Under the pieces are notes generated by a model that saw only the letters and a program-made list of their open reading frames with translations, searched no databases and was not told the DNA's origin. A stretch of DNA of 64,000 bases, taken from positions 11,579 through 75,578 of the forward strand of contig DYFR01000018.1 of NCBI GenBank assembly GCA_020725115.1, read 5' to 3'. Origin of the DNA: Thiohalomonas denitrificans. Its GTDB lineage: Bacteria; Pseudomonadota; Gammaproteobacteria; Thiohalomonadales; Thiohalomonadaceae. Shown here one piece after another: positions 31,722 through 42,737 of this stretch; within the stretch, counting starts at the first letter, position 1; each line of letters opens with the position of its first letter. A program made the position numbers and the translations under genes.

Positions 31722-31735
31722 TTGATGTGCATCAA
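31722..31735. promoter_or_regulatory. FNR/DNR box upstream of nirS
   Basis: TTGAT-GTGC-ATCAA is a perfect palindrome centred ~108 bp upstream of the nirS ATG. Confidence 0.7.
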
Positions 31736-31771
31736 TTGGATCAACAAATTATTTTATCGCCTGAAAATCTC

Positions 31772-31792
31772 ATGGTATGAGCGTCATACCAT
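31772..31792 (-). terminator. hairpin downstream of fnr
   Basis: ATGGTATGA-gcg-TCATACCAT has a perfect 9-bp stem, with a partial U-tract on the minus strand. Confidence 0.35.
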
Positions 31793-31843
31793 AGCGCATT
31801 AATTATGACAAAAGACGGTTTATGCGCAATTTTGTGATCTGTA

Positions 31844-32617
31844 TCAGGTTGCATTGGTGTTGTTAAGGCCTGACATGACACGCAATGCCTCCATGTCACG
31901 CAGTTCGACATGACGGCCATGCACCTCAAGCAGATCCATCGACTGGAAGCGCTGGAACATGCGACTCACCGTTTCTACTGCCAGGCCAAGGTAGTTGGCG
32001 ATGTCATGACGCGACATGGGCAGTTTGAAGCGCTGGCTGGGCAAACCATGTTCGGCGAAGCGATCGGACAGGCTGAGCAGGAAGGTGGCCGTGCGCTGCT
32101 CGGCATTCTGTGCCCCCATCAGCAGCGGTACCCATTGATCCTGTCGGGTGCGTCTGCTCAGGGCCTGTATCAGTTGTTGCTGAAATTCACCCAGGCGCTC
32201 GCCGAGCAAATCCAGCTTGGCGAAGTTGAGGCGGCATACCGTGCTGGCTTCCAGGGCCTCTACCGAGTGCGGGTAGTTGCGTTCACTCAGGGCCTCCAGC
32301 CCCATCAGTTCACCGGGAAAGTAGAAGTCGATGATCTGCTGTTCACCGTTGGCCAGCGTGACATAGGTCTTGAATGAACCCGATTTGACCGCATAGATTT
32401 CACCGAAGGGGGTGCCGGCGGTGATGACATTCTGGCTGATGCCGACTTCCTCGCGCCGCCCCACAATTTCGTCGATTAAATCCGGCACCGGCTCATCGAG
32501 ACCGGCCACCTGGCACATGCCATAGAGGCCGCAGGAATCACATTCGACGACATTCTTTTTCTTGCGCGAAAAGGTGCGCGAGTTGGGACGGCAGGTATCT
32601 CTTTCATTGGTATGCAT
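31844..32617 (-). CDS. fnr: FNR/ANR-type oxygen-sensing Crp-family regulator
   Basis: N-terminal C-x2-C-x5-C (CDSCGLYGMC) plus a central Cys (STVCRL), as in the FNR [4Fe-4S] ligand set. ETVSR recognition helix. ATG at 32617 has an AGGAAC SD (track gives GTG 32632). Confidence 0.85.
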   Translation of the reverse strand: MHTNERDTCRPNSRTFSRKKKNVVECDSCGLYGMCQVAGLDEPVPDLIDEIVGRREEVGISQNVITAGTPFGEIYAVKSGSFKTYVTLANGEQQIIDFYFPGELMGLEALSERNYPHSVEALEASTVCRLNFAKLDLLGERLGEFQQQLIQALSRRTRQDQWVPLLMGAQNAEQRTATFLLSLSDRFAEHGLPSQRFKLPMSRHDIANYLGLAVETVSRMFQRFQSMDLLEVHGRHVELRDMEALRVMSGLNNTNAT

Positions 32618-32678
32618 GGTGATGTTCCTCACAGGACGCAGGAAGTCGGGACTGGCATGCGATTGTCAGTCATGAATA

Positions 32679-33890
32679 TCAGCCCGGTTTTCCATCCAGG
32701 CGCGGACGCAGATAAATCGGTGCGTATTTGATAAACCAATGAGTGGCGATGATTAGCCAGACGATTGCTGCCAGCAGGTTGAAATGCAATCCAAAAGGCA
32801 ATTCAGCGACAATTCGCAATATTGCGACACCACTCAGGCCCCAGAGCAATACCCAGGTAGTGGTATCGGCCACCAGATCGCGCCCGGAGTGTCCCAGTGT
32901 GACGCGGCTCGCCATGGCCAGGGTAAGGGAGAGCAGGAAGCCGATGGCGACGGCATGCAGTGGTGCGCGGCCGAGCAGGGGGCCGGAGCCGAAGAACAGC
33001 GCCAGACTCTGCGCTATATACAGGGTCAATGCGACAGAAAGCCATGCGAAGGCGATGTGCAGCATCGCCAGCAGACGCACGGCAAAACTGCGTCGCAGCT
33101 GCCACTGCCAGCTGTGCAGCAATGCCAGCAGCAGCAGCGGGAAATCCACGGTCCATAGCCAGCGCGACAGGGAAAGCAGCTCCAGCAGGCCATGCAGCGC
33201 AAGCAATATCAGCATGGGGAGCAGGGTTGATTTCGGCTGATACACCTTGTACTGCGGCAATACACAGACGCTGAAGAAGGGAATCATGCGATGTCCGACG
33301 CTGACGGCAATGGGTAGCAGGAACCACCATAAACCCGCCTGTATTGAAAAATGCAGCCAGAAGGGATCGCTGAGCGTCAGCCATAGCAGATAGGCCGCCA
33401 CACCAAGCGTGCCGCTCACCAGCGCCGTATTGAGGCAGGTCTCATAAAACTTGTCATGGGCCGGGGCATGGCGGTAGACCTGCCACAGGGAGAACAGGGT
33501 GACCAGATAAGCGGCCAGCACCAGTGCAACACCCGCAGTCAACAGCCCCGCAGAGAAGAAAAGCCCCGTATAGAACAGCACCACACCGCCGGCCATGAGC
33601 AGAAAGGCTGCCTGATAACGTGCTGCAGGAATGGTGCTGCCGCTCATCCAGCGCGGGTAGGTGGTCATCAGGAAACCGAAGATGAAAAAGGGGAACAGCG
33701 TGTAGAGCATCAGGAAGGCATGCGCAAATGTACCTGGTATCACGGTCATCAGTGGTGACCATAATCCGGTATGGCGTCCGAACAGTTCGACCCCCCAATA
33801 CAACAGTGTCGCGACCAGCTGCACGGCACCACCGAACATCATCATTCGATGTGGTGCGGCGCTAAAGGTTTGCCAGAGTGTGGTTTTCAT
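32679..33890 (-). CDS. nnrS: NnrS-family haem/copper membrane protein
   Basis: About 12 TM helices starting LWQTFSAAPHRMMMFGG. An FNR-like box lies 70 bp upstream of the ATG at 33890 (the track start 33995 would include the box). Confidence 0.85.
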   Translation of the reverse strand: MKTTLWQTFSAAPHRMMMFGGAVQLVATLLYWGVELFGRHTGLWSPLMTVIPGTFAHAFLMLYTLFPFFIFGFLMTTYPRWMSGSTIPAARYQAAFLLMAGGVVLFYTGLFFSAGLLTAGVALVLAAYLVTLFSLWQVYRHAPAHDKFYETCLNTALVSGTLGVAAYLLWLTLSDPFWLHFSIQAGLWWFLLPIAVSVGHRMIPFFSVCVLPQYKVYQPKSTLLPMLILLALHGLLELLSLSRWLWTVDFPLLLLALLHSWQWQLRRSFAVRLLAMLHIAFAWLSVALTLYIAQSLALFFGSGPLLGRAPLHAVAIGFLLSLTLAMASRVTLGHSGRDLVADTTTWVLLWGLSGVAILRIVAELPFGLHFNLLAAIVWLIIATHWFIKYAPIYLRPRLDGKPG

Positions 33891-33953
33891 GGGTGACGAC
33901 GATGTCCAATCAAATTTGTCACCTATTTTTAGCAGGCTGCAGTGAGGCGGGCT

Positions 33954-33967
33954 TTGATATAGGTCAA
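33954..33967. promoter_or_regulatory. FNR/DNR-like box upstream of nnrS
   Basis: TTGAT-ATAG-GTCAA matches the consensus at 9/10 positions. Confidence 0.55.
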
Positions 33968-34055
33968 ACTCGGGCAGGTACTGAACAAAACTCAATAAGT
34001 TGATGGCGGGGGGAGCACGAGGTGGTGAGTTACGGGGGGCTATTGAACCCCTGGC

Positions 34056-35879
34056 TCAGCCGGTCAGCCGGGCATAGAGCAGCGGCAACTGGCGTGGCAG
34101 TTCGTCGGGACGCCGGATGACGACATAGTTGCCGGGGCCGAACAGGTGGGGCAGATAGTCGCCGGCCTGCTGATCGATGGTGACACAGAAGGGATAGAAG
34201 CCCTCCTGGCGTGCCTCATGCAGCGCCTGACGGGTATCTTCAATGCCGTAGCGCCCCTCATAGTGATCCAGGTCATTGGGTTTGCCGTCGGTGAGCAACA
34301 GCAGCAGCTGACGTCCGGCCCGCTGAGAGCCGAGCAGGCGGCTGGCCTGACGCAGTGCAGCGCCCATGCGCGTGTAATAGCCGGGGCGAATGGCCTGAAT
34401 GCGGCCGCGTATGGTGCCATCGTAGCCTTCCTCGAAGGCCTTGATGGCATGGAATCGAACGTGTTCGCGTTTGCGTGAAGAGAAGCCGTACATGGCAAAA
34501 CGATCACCGGCAGCGGACAGGGCCTCGGCAAACAGAAACAGACTGTCGCGTATCACATCGATGATCTTCTGCTCGTTGTTGACGGCGGCATCGGTGGAAA
34601 GTGACAGATCGGCCAGCAACAGGCAGGCAAGGTCACGCTGGTTGTTACGGAAATCACGGTACAGGCCCTGCTCGCGGATTGGATGGCCGCTGTGGCGGGC
34701 CGTGGCGTAATCGAGCCAGGCGGTGAGATCCAGTTCGCTGCCGTCGGGCTGGGCACGCAGCCAGGTACGGCCGTGGGCAAGTGACTCGAACTGGCGGCGC
34801 AGATGGTGGGCCGTGCGGCGCAGATGCGGCGGCAGATCCAGTGCCGTGACATCGCGCGCCAGCATGGGCTGCAGCCGGCAGTAATCGGGGCGCAGCGCCC
34901 GGCGCCGGTAGTCCCATTCGGGCAGCAGAATGCCTTCCCCCAGTGACTGATCGTCGTATTCACTGCAAGGCAGGTCGAGATCAAAACGCAGTCTGCTGGC
35001 GACGGTGCGTTTGTCACGGGTAATGCTCAGGGTTTCCATCTCCGCAGCAACGCTGCCCGAATCGTCGTCTTCTTCCGTTTCGCGGTTGACGTTGACAAAT
35101 TCGCCCCAGGTGAGAATGTTCTCCATGCGCAGGGCGATCATCCCCGCTTCACGCTCCGTTGCATCCACCCGCTCACCGTGACGCTTGCCGATTTCGCTGT
35201 CGCGGGTTTCGCCTTCACCCTCATCGGTATCGTCTTCACTGCCGCCGACGGCCTGTTGCAACGGTGGCGAAGGGTGCAGCCATAAATAAACCGGGTGTGG
35301 TGCCTTGCGTGCGGGAGGCAATGCGGCAACGCTACCGGGCTCCTGCAGTGCCTGCTGAATGGCGATTTCCTGTGCAGCCTCATCGTCGGGCAGGGAGGCG
35401 GTGGCTGGCCGCAGCGCCAGTTGTGCTTCACACAAACGCGCATAACGTGTCTTCAGGCCGGGAAAGCGGTTCAGCACCCGCAACGTCAACACCTGGTTGC
35501 GCGCCAGCCAGGGGCGGGGCAGTTGATGCTCATCAGTGGCGACGGCCGCCAGTGCAGCGAGCCAGATATAGAGGTCGCGATTCATCCTGCGCTCAGCGAA
35601 CAGGGCGATCCTTGCCGGAAGACGCAAAGTTTCACCATCGCGCCAGGCCAGTTCGACACTGGTGCCGCTGCCGGCAATATGCTGTAACCAGCGACGACGC
35701 GCACCATGATCGGTGGCGGTGGCCGCCTCCACACGCAAGCCGCCATCACCGCCGAGGGCACGGAACATCACGCCGACGGTGGTACGCATCTCATCCAGCG
35801 TCACCGCCGCATCGTGGTGCTCCCGGCTGGCGGCGCGGGAGATGAGTTTGTGCCAGAGTTTGCCGACGAATTCTTCCAT
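34056..35879 (-). CDS. norD: nitric oxide reductase activation protein NorD (VWA domain)
   Basis: 607 aa with a C-terminal von Willebrand A domain carrying MIDAS DLSLSTD. nor context. Confidence 0.9.
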   Translation of the reverse strand: MEEFVGKLWHKLISRAASREHHDAAVTLDEMRTTVGVMFRALGGDGGLRVEAATATDHGARRRWLQHIAGSGTSVELAWRDGETLRLPARIALFAERRMNRDLYIWLAALAAVATDEHQLPRPWLARNQVLTLRVLNRFPGLKTRYARLCEAQLALRPATASLPDDEAAQEIAIQQALQEPGSVAALPPARKAPHPVYLWLHPSPPLQQAVGGSEDDTDEGEGETRDSEIGKRHGERVDATEREAGMIALRMENILTWGEFVNVNRETEEDDDSGSVAAEMETLSITRDKRTVASRLRFDLDLPCSEYDDQSLGEGILLPEWDYRRRALRPDYCRLQPMLARDVTALDLPPHLRRTAHHLRRQFESLAHGRTWLRAQPDGSELDLTAWLDYATARHSGHPIREQGLYRDFRNNQRDLACLLLADLSLSTDAAVNNEQKIIDVIRDSLFLFAEALSAAGDRFAMYGFSSRKREHVRFHAIKAFEEGYDGTIRGRIQAIRPGYYTRMGAALRQASRLLGSQRAGRQLLLLLTDGKPNDLDHYEGRYGIEDTRQALHEARQEGFYPFCVTIDQQAGDYLPHLFGPGNYVVIRRPDELPRQLPLLYARLTG

Positions 35880-35923
35880 ATCAATTCAGATACAAGTTGC
35901 AAGATACAAGAGAAAAGCAGACA

Positions 35924-36853
35924 TCATTCGCTTTTCCTGCCGAAGTCGCGCGCCGAGACGTCGAGGGCGTCGCTGTTCTGCACCCACTTTAACAGTGGCC
36001 CCTGCGGATTGCCTTTCTGCACCTGATCGCAGGCCTGCAGGCAGCGGGCGCATTGGGTGCAGGTGAACATGTGACGTTTGGTGGAACGTGGCTTGAGACG
36101 CATCGGACAGGCGTTGTCGCAGGCTGCGTTGCAATCAATGCAGGAATCGACACGTTCACGCTCGAAACCCACCACCATGGCCTTCTTGTTACCCATCCAG
36201 GCCAGGCTCTGGAACAGACCGATGGCACAGCCGAAGCGGCAGAACAGATGTCGTGCCAGCAGGAACTCGATTATGAACACGAGGGTGGCAGCGGTTAGAA
36301 AGATGAACTGGAACCGGGTCGGTGTACCGTGCCACAGGTTGGAGTAAACCTCGAACGGCGGCCACATGTAGGTAAGCAGGGAGATGGCCCACAGAAAGGC
36401 AAAACCGGTCACGGCCAGGCCCACTGCCAGCCAGTACAGCGGCTGCGCTACCACACGGCGTCCGTCGGGCAGCTCTTCCGGCAGCGCTGTGCGCTCCCAC
36501 AGGGTGGGGCGACCGAAGGCGCGGAGCATCAGTGCATTGATGGATTCGACGACGGAAAAGTGGGGGCACAGCCAGCCGCAATAGAGGCGGCCGTATTTCC
36601 AGGACACCCATACGCCGGTGGCGATGATCACTGCGATGGGCAGAAAGCCGCGCAGCAGCAGGTTGAGTATGGCGTTGCCGGAACTGGCCTCGCCGCGCAG
36701 GAAGGGATCCAGTCCCAGGGTCCAGTACTGGCCGAACAGTATGAAGTGGCCCAGTTTGAGATCGAGACGGAAAATATCCAGTGGCGGCGCCAGCACGAAC
36801 AGGGCGAAGAAAGCGATGCGCAGCCACAGGCGCAGGTCCTGAAGCTTAGCCAT
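35924..36853 (-). CDS. NapH/MauN/YccM-like membrane polyferredoxin
   Basis: TM helices with CGWLCPHF and CRFGCAIG loop motifs. Two ferredoxin-type clusters, CIDCNACDNACP and CTQCARCLQAC. Confidence 0.8.
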   Translation of the reverse strand: MAKLQDLRLWLRIAFFALFVLAPPLDIFRLDLKLGHFILFGQYWTLGLDPFLRGEASSGNAILNLLLRGFLPIAVIIATGVWVSWKYGRLYCGWLCPHFSVVESINALMLRAFGRPTLWERTALPEELPDGRRVVAQPLYWLAVGLAVTGFAFLWAISLLTYMWPPFEVYSNLWHGTPTRFQFIFLTAATLVFIIEFLLARHLFCRFGCAIGLFQSLAWMGNKKAMVVGFERERVDSCIDCNAACDNACPMRLKPRSTKRHMFTCTQCARCLQACDQVQKGNPQGPLLKWVQNSDALDVSARDFGRKSE

Positions 36854-37247
36854 CGCAACGCACCCCGAGCAGGGGATAGCGCCATGATTTGCCGGCCATG
36901 GCCTTGGCCAGGCCTACCATGCCGAGCAGCACCAGCGTGCTGTGGCCGATGGTGAAATAGATGATCACGTACATCCACACATCGGCTGACTGCCAGCCGC
37001 CGCCGATGAGGATCAGGGCATTGACGATCACCAGGATCACTCCCGCCCACAGGCTGGCTGCGACGGTCTGACGCAAGTGGCAACGGGCGAGGGAAGAACC
37101 GCTAACGCGATGACGGAAATACAGCCAGACAAGGGCAAGAAAGCAGATGCCGGGCAACAGCAGCAGGTTGGCGAGGTAGAGCCCCTCGGCCATGACGGCG
37201 ACCCCCTGGCCGGGCGTCGGCGTGTCTTCCTGCGGCATGTGGTTCAT
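36846..37247 (-). CDS. small integral membrane protein, unknown function
   Basis: 133 aa with 3-4 hydrophobic helices. 8-nt overlap with the downstream polyferredoxin gene. Confidence 0.55.
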   Translation of the reverse strand: MNHMPQEDTPTPGQGVAVMAEGLYLANLLLLPGICFLALVWLYFRHRVSGSSLARCHLRQTVAASLWAGVILVIVNALILIGGGWQSADVWMYVIIYFTIGHSTLVLLGMVGLAKAMAGKSWRYPLLGVRCDG

Positions 37248-37252
37248 AGCGA

Positions 37253-38077
37253 TCAGCCGAAGCTTGCCTCCACCACTTCCATCAGGGCCTGTACGGTTTC
37301 CAGATCATCGCTCAACGGTTCAGCCAGGGCGGCACGGCAGGCCGCCATGGGATCACAGCCGCTCTTGATCAGGGTGGCGGTGTAAACCAGCAGGCGAGTG
37401 GAGGCACCTTCTTCCAGGTCGTGATCCTGCAGCGCGCGCAGCGCGTGGGCCAGATTGACCAGGCGTGCCGCCAGATTGGCATCAATGCCGGTTTCACCCA
37501 CCAGGATTTCCTGTTCGGTTCTGGCGTCGGGATAGTCGAAACGCAGCGCGACAAAGCGCTGGCGGGTGCTGGGTTTCATGCCCTTGAGCAGATGCTGATA
37601 GCCGGGGTTGTAGGAGACTACCAGCATGAACTCCGGCGGTGCCTGCAACAGCTCACCGGTACGCTCGATGGGCAGGATACGGCGATCATCGGACAGCGGA
37701 TGCAGCACCACCGTGGTGTCCTTGCGCGCCTCCACCACCTCGTCGAGATAACAGATGGCGCCTTCTCGCACCGCACGGGTGAGGGGGCCATCCTGCCAGT
37801 AGGTGGCGCCATCGCCGATCAGGTGACGGCCGACCAGGTCGGCCGCGGTGAGGTCGTCGTGGCAGGCCACGGTATACACCGGGCGGCCCAGGCGTGCCGC
37901 CATATAGGAAATGAAACGCGTCTTTCCGCAGCCTGTGGGGCCTTTGATCAGCATGGGTAGCTGATTGTTATAGGCATATTCGAACAGCGCGACTTCATCG
38001 CCCTGTGGCTGGTAAAACGGTGCATCCGCAGCCGTGTTCACATCGGCTGTCGTACGGTGCAGTGGGGAAGTTGTCAT
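37253..38077 (-). CDS. norQ: NorQ/NirQ/CbbQ-type MoxR AAA+ ATPase
   Basis: Walker A GPTGCGKT and Walker B YLDEV. GGGAGGAG SD before the ATG at 38077. Confidence 0.92.
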   Translation of the reverse strand: MTTSPLHRTTADVNTAADAPFYQPQGDEVALFEYAYNNQLPMLIKGPTGCGKTRFISYMAARLGRPVYTVACHDDLTAADLVGRHLIGDGATYWQDGPLTRAVREGAICYLDEVVEARKDTTVVLHPLSDDRRILPIERTGELLQAPPEFMLVVSYNPGYQHLLKGMKPSTRQRFVALRFDYPDARTEQEILVGETGIDANLAARLVNLAHALRALQDHDLEEGASTRLLVYTATLIKSGCDPMAACRAALAEPLSDDLETVQALMEVVEASFG

Positions 38078-38099
38078 GCGGGGCTCCTCCCGATGGTAT

Positions 38100-38369
38100 T
38101 TACAGGCTGATGTAATAGGCCACACCGATCATGCCACACACCAGCAGCAGATAAGCGAATAGTAGTGCACGCCAGAAGGGACGGACATGTTTCAGTCCCA
38201 TGAAATGGTCCACTACCATTTGGCTTTTGAACAGTGTGGTTATGAGCACGAAGCCAACGATGGCCATGCCGCTGACTCCAGCCTGCCCGACCAGATAGGT
38301 CACGCCGGTGAGGGCAATCAGCAGCAGCCAGATCACGGTACAGGGGCGGATGAATGGTGTCGTGTTCAT
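38100..38369 (-). CDS. NorF/NirP-like small membrane protein
   Basis: About 89 aa with 3 TM helices, directly after the NorE-like gene. AGGAAAC SD before the ATG at 38369. Confidence 0.6.
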   Translation of the reverse strand: MNTTPFIRPCTVIWLLLIALTGVTYLVGQAGVSGMAIVGFVLITTLFKSQMVVDHFMGLKHVRPFWRALLFAYLLLVCGMIGVAYYISL

Positions 38370-38379
38370 GGGATGTTTC

Positions 38380-38958
38380 CTAGTGAATGACATAGACCAG
38401 GGGAAACAGGATCAGCCACACCAAATCGACCATATGCCAGTAGGACGCGCCGGTTTCAACGCCAGTATGTTCCTGTGCACTGTATCCGCCGCTACGCGCC
38501 TTGAACAGCACGGCGGCCAGGATCACCATGCCCAGTATTACGTGCATGAAATGAAAAAAGGTGAGTGACAGGTAAAACATGAAGAATGTGTTGGTGCTTA
38601 GTGAAATGCCGGCGCTGAACTTGTCGCCGAACTCGAATAGCTTGATGACCAGGAATACACCGCCCATGGCAATGGCCGCTAGCAGCCAGTGGACGCAGCG
38701 TGTGCTGTTGCCGGTGCGTATTGCTGCGACAGCCCGCACCACGAAATAGCTGCTGGTAATCAAAACCAGCGTATTGGCCGCGCCGGCAATGCGATCGAGC
38801 TGCATTTGTGATTCATTGAACAGCTCTACGTTATTGGCGCGCGAAAAGGCATAGGCAAGAAAAAACACACCGAACACCAGTAGCTCGGCAAAGATAAAAA
38901 TCCAGATGGCAAAGTCGCCTGGAAGTGAGTCGTTGTCGTGTTGCGCAAGAGTGTCCAT
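38380..38958 (-). CDS. norE: cytochrome c oxidase subunit III-like protein NorE/NirO
   Basis: MDTLAQHDNDSLPGDFAIWIFIFAELLVFG... with five TM helices and a CoxIII-like C-terminus YWHMVDLVWLILFPLVY. The track ORF is over-extended to 39228. Confidence 0.85.
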   Translation of the reverse strand: MDTLAQHDNDSLPGDFAIWIFIFAELLVFGVFFLAYAFSRANNVELFNESQMQLDRIAGAANTLVLITSSYFVVRAVAAIRTGNSTRCVHWLLAAIAMGGVFLVIKLFEFGDKFSAGISLSTNTFFMFYLSLTFFHFMHVILGMVILAAVLFKARSGGYSAQEHTGVETGASYWHMVDLVWLILFPLVYVIH

Positions 38959-39029
38959 GGTTCTCTCTGTCTGCAGGGAATGATGGACGGATGTGGCGGT
39001 AAGGTCGCACCGGAATGGATGGGCGGGCG

Positions 39030-39057
39030 AAAAAAAAGGGGGGCGCAAGCGCCCCCC
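39030..39057 (-). terminator. strong rho-independent terminator after norB
   Basis: On the minus strand, GGGGGGCGC-ttg-GCGCCCCCC followed by TTTTTTTT. Confidence 0.75.
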
Positions 39058-39070
39058 TGAAAGATCTCCA

Positions 39071-40468
<1,398 letters not shown>

Positions 40469-40903
40469 TTAACCCTGAATGTTTGGCGGCCAGTTGGCGG
40501 TGTTGATTTCCGAGGTGTATTTCAGGAACTCCGCCACCGCCTCCAGCTCTTCGTTGGAGAGGTTGAACTGCGGCATGCTGCGCCGACCAGGAATGCCGTC
40601 CACCGGACGGCTGGCAATGAAGCCCATGATGGCTTCCTTGCTGCCGCCGAAGCGGGTATAGACATTGCCCAGTTCCGGTGCGAAGTAGGCACCTTCACCC
40701 AGCAGGGTGTGACAGCCCAGACAATTGTTTTCCTCCCAGACTTTCTTGCCCAATGCCACCTGCGGCGTGATGTTATGACGATTATCACGTTTGGGCAGCG
40801 CCCCTAGTGTGTCGAACGACAGGGCCAGAAACAGGAGGATGAAAAAGACGCTACCCCCCAGGTAGATGTTTCTGGCCATGCTTTTTGTAAAGGTTTCACT
40901 CAT
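40469..40903 (-). CDS. norC: nitric oxide reductase cytochrome c subunit NorC
   Basis: N-terminal TM anchor and CLGCH haem motif. 144 aa. Confidence 0.95.
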   Translation of the reverse strand: MSETFTKSMARNIYLGGSVFFILLFLALSFDTLGALPKRDNRHNITPQVALGKKVWEENNCLGCHTLLGEGAYFAPELGNVYTRFGGSKEAIMGFIASRPVDGIPGRRSMPQFNLSNEELEAVAEFLKYTSEINTANWPPNIQG

Positions 40904-41001
40904 TCTGATTCCTCCTTGGCCGCCGGTTTGTTGTTACCGCTTGACGCCACGAGACTGCTATGGCCGGGTACCGTTATAGTTAAATAGCTGACTGACTTAC
41001 C

Positions 41002-41015
41002 TTGATTTACATCAA
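41002..41015. promoter_or_regulatory. FNR/DNR box upstream of norC
   Basis: TTGAT-TTAC-ATCAA is a perfect match centred ~105 bp upstream of the norC ATG. Confidence 0.7.
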
Positions 41016-41179
41016 GGAGCGTTATAGAGGGTTGTCGGGAGCGGGCCTATACCTCTTTGGTGGCATGTGTCGGAGAGGTGCCGGGAATGAGCTATATCTC
41101 CATATTTCTCAACGATTTATCTATATGGCGGTGATTCCTTTATCATGTCCCGCATTGCAATCACGCCTGATAATTTACT

Positions 41180-42523
41180 GTGCCTGTGCCGAATCGCCTG
41201 GAACTCCCTTATCCAAAGAATGCCCTGGAACTGTTCCGCCCCCTGGCGACGCAGCCCTGGGCGCTGTGGCTGGACAGTGCCGGCTGCGATCGCTACGACA
41301 TCATGGTGGCGGAGCCGGTGGCCACCCTCGTCACCCGCGGCGCCATCACCACGGTCTGTCGGGACGGTGTATGCCGGGAGAGCAGTGCCGACCCGCTGCA
41401 ACTGTTGCGCGAGGAACTGGCCTGCGGCGGCCATGCTGCCGCAGGCGCGCCCTTCGGTGGCGGCGCCGTGGGGTATTTTGGCTACGATCTGGCACGGTGT
41501 TTCGAGAACCTGCCACAACGGGCGCTGGACGATCCTGCGCTGCCCGAAATGGCGGCAGGCATCTACACCTGGGCGCTAATCGTCGATCACCACGAACGGC
41601 GCTGCTGGCTGGCCGGCGACGAAGACGCTGCGCAACACTGGCGGCAGGCTGCGGCGCAGCCGGTGCGCAACAACCCCTTCCACCTGCACAGCCCGCCCGT
41701 CAGCAACATGAGTGTAGCGGGCTATGCGGCCGCCTTCACGCGCATACAGCACTACCTGCACGAGGGCGACTGCTATCAGGTCAATCTGGCCCAGCGCTTC
41801 TGCGCGACGGCGCAGGGCGATGCGTTCGCTCTGTATGAAACCTTGCGCCGCGACAATCCCGCTCCCTTTGCCGCCTGGCTCAACTTTCCCTTCGGCCAGG
41901 TGCTGAGTTCGTCACCGGAACGCTTTCTCAAGGTGCGTGGCCGCCAGGTGGAGACCAAGCCGATCAAGGGCACCCGTCCGCGCAGCGCCGACCCGGTGCA
42001 GGATCGGGCACTGGCCGAGGCATTGCACCACAGCGACAAGGATCGCGCCGAAAACCTGATGATCGTCGACCTGCTGCGCAACGACCTGGGCAAGAACTGC
42101 ATCCCCGGCAGCGTGCAGGTGCCGCGCCTGTTCGAGGTGGAAAGCTTCGCCACCGTGCACCATCTGGTCAGCACGATCCGTGGGGAACTGTCCGAGGGGC
42201 GTGATGCCCTCGACCTGCTGCGCGGCTGTTTCCCCGGCGGCTCCATCACCGGCGCCCCCAAACGCCGTGCCATGGAGATCATCGAGGAACTGGAGCCGCA
42301 CCGGCGTGGTGTCTACTGCGGCGCCATCGGCTATATAGGCTTCGACGGCAGCATGGATACCAGCATTGCTATCCGCACCCTGGTTCACACCGCCGGAAAG
42401 ATCTGCTTTTCCGCCGGCGGCGGCATCGTCAGCGACTCCACCGCCGCCGAGGAATATCAGGAAAGCCTGGACAAGGCCGCCGCCCTGCTGCGCGTGCTGG
42501 AGCGGCACCGGGCCGCGGGCTGA
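41180..42523 (+). CDS. pabB: aminodeoxychorismate synthase component I
   Basis: Chorismate-binding family motifs (SSPERFL, GTRPR, ENLMIVDLLRND, GSITGAPK, YCGAIGY). Confidence 0.9.
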   Translation: MPVPNRLELPYPKNALELFRPLATQPWALWLDSAGCDRYDIMVAEPVATLVTRGAITTVCRDGVCRESSADPLQLLREELACGGHAAAGAPFGGGAVGYFGYDLARCFENLPQRALDDPALPEMAAGIYTWALIVDHHERRCWLAGDEDAAQHWRQAAAQPVRNNPFHLHSPPVSNMSVAGYAAAFTRIQHYLHEGDCYQVNLAQRFCATAQGDAFALYETLRRDNPAPFAAWLNFPFGQVLSSSPERFLKVRGRQVETKPIKGTRPRSADPVQDRALAEALHHSDKDRAENLMIVDLLRNDLGKNCIPGSVQVPRLFEVESFATVHHLVSTIRGELSEGRDALDLLRGCFPGGSITGAPKRRAMEIIEELEPHRRGVYCGAIGYIGFDGSMDTSIAIRTLVHTAGKICFSAGGGIVSDSTAAEEYQESLDKAAALLRVLERHRAAG

Positions 42524-42737
42524 GGCGGCGCAAAACAGAAGGCTTGCCTGAACGGGGGATTTTCGCCTTAATGGGCACAGGTACGGCCCAAGCATACGGG
42601 CAGGGAACGTGGGAGTCCGGTTCACCGGGCGATGCGGCGGATCAGGATGCACTGCGCTTCGGTGTCGCGTGGTGCCCAAGATGTCGGCGCGCGATGGCTC
42701 AATAATTCCATAACAAAGAATCCGACGCGGGGGCAGC

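Noticed and set aside
41002-41838. 278-aa plus-strand ORF overlapping the norC promoter region and the start of pabB
   Set aside because: It spans an intergenic region containing the FNR box and runs out of frame with pabB. The composition is Arg/Gly/Ala-rich with no motifs.
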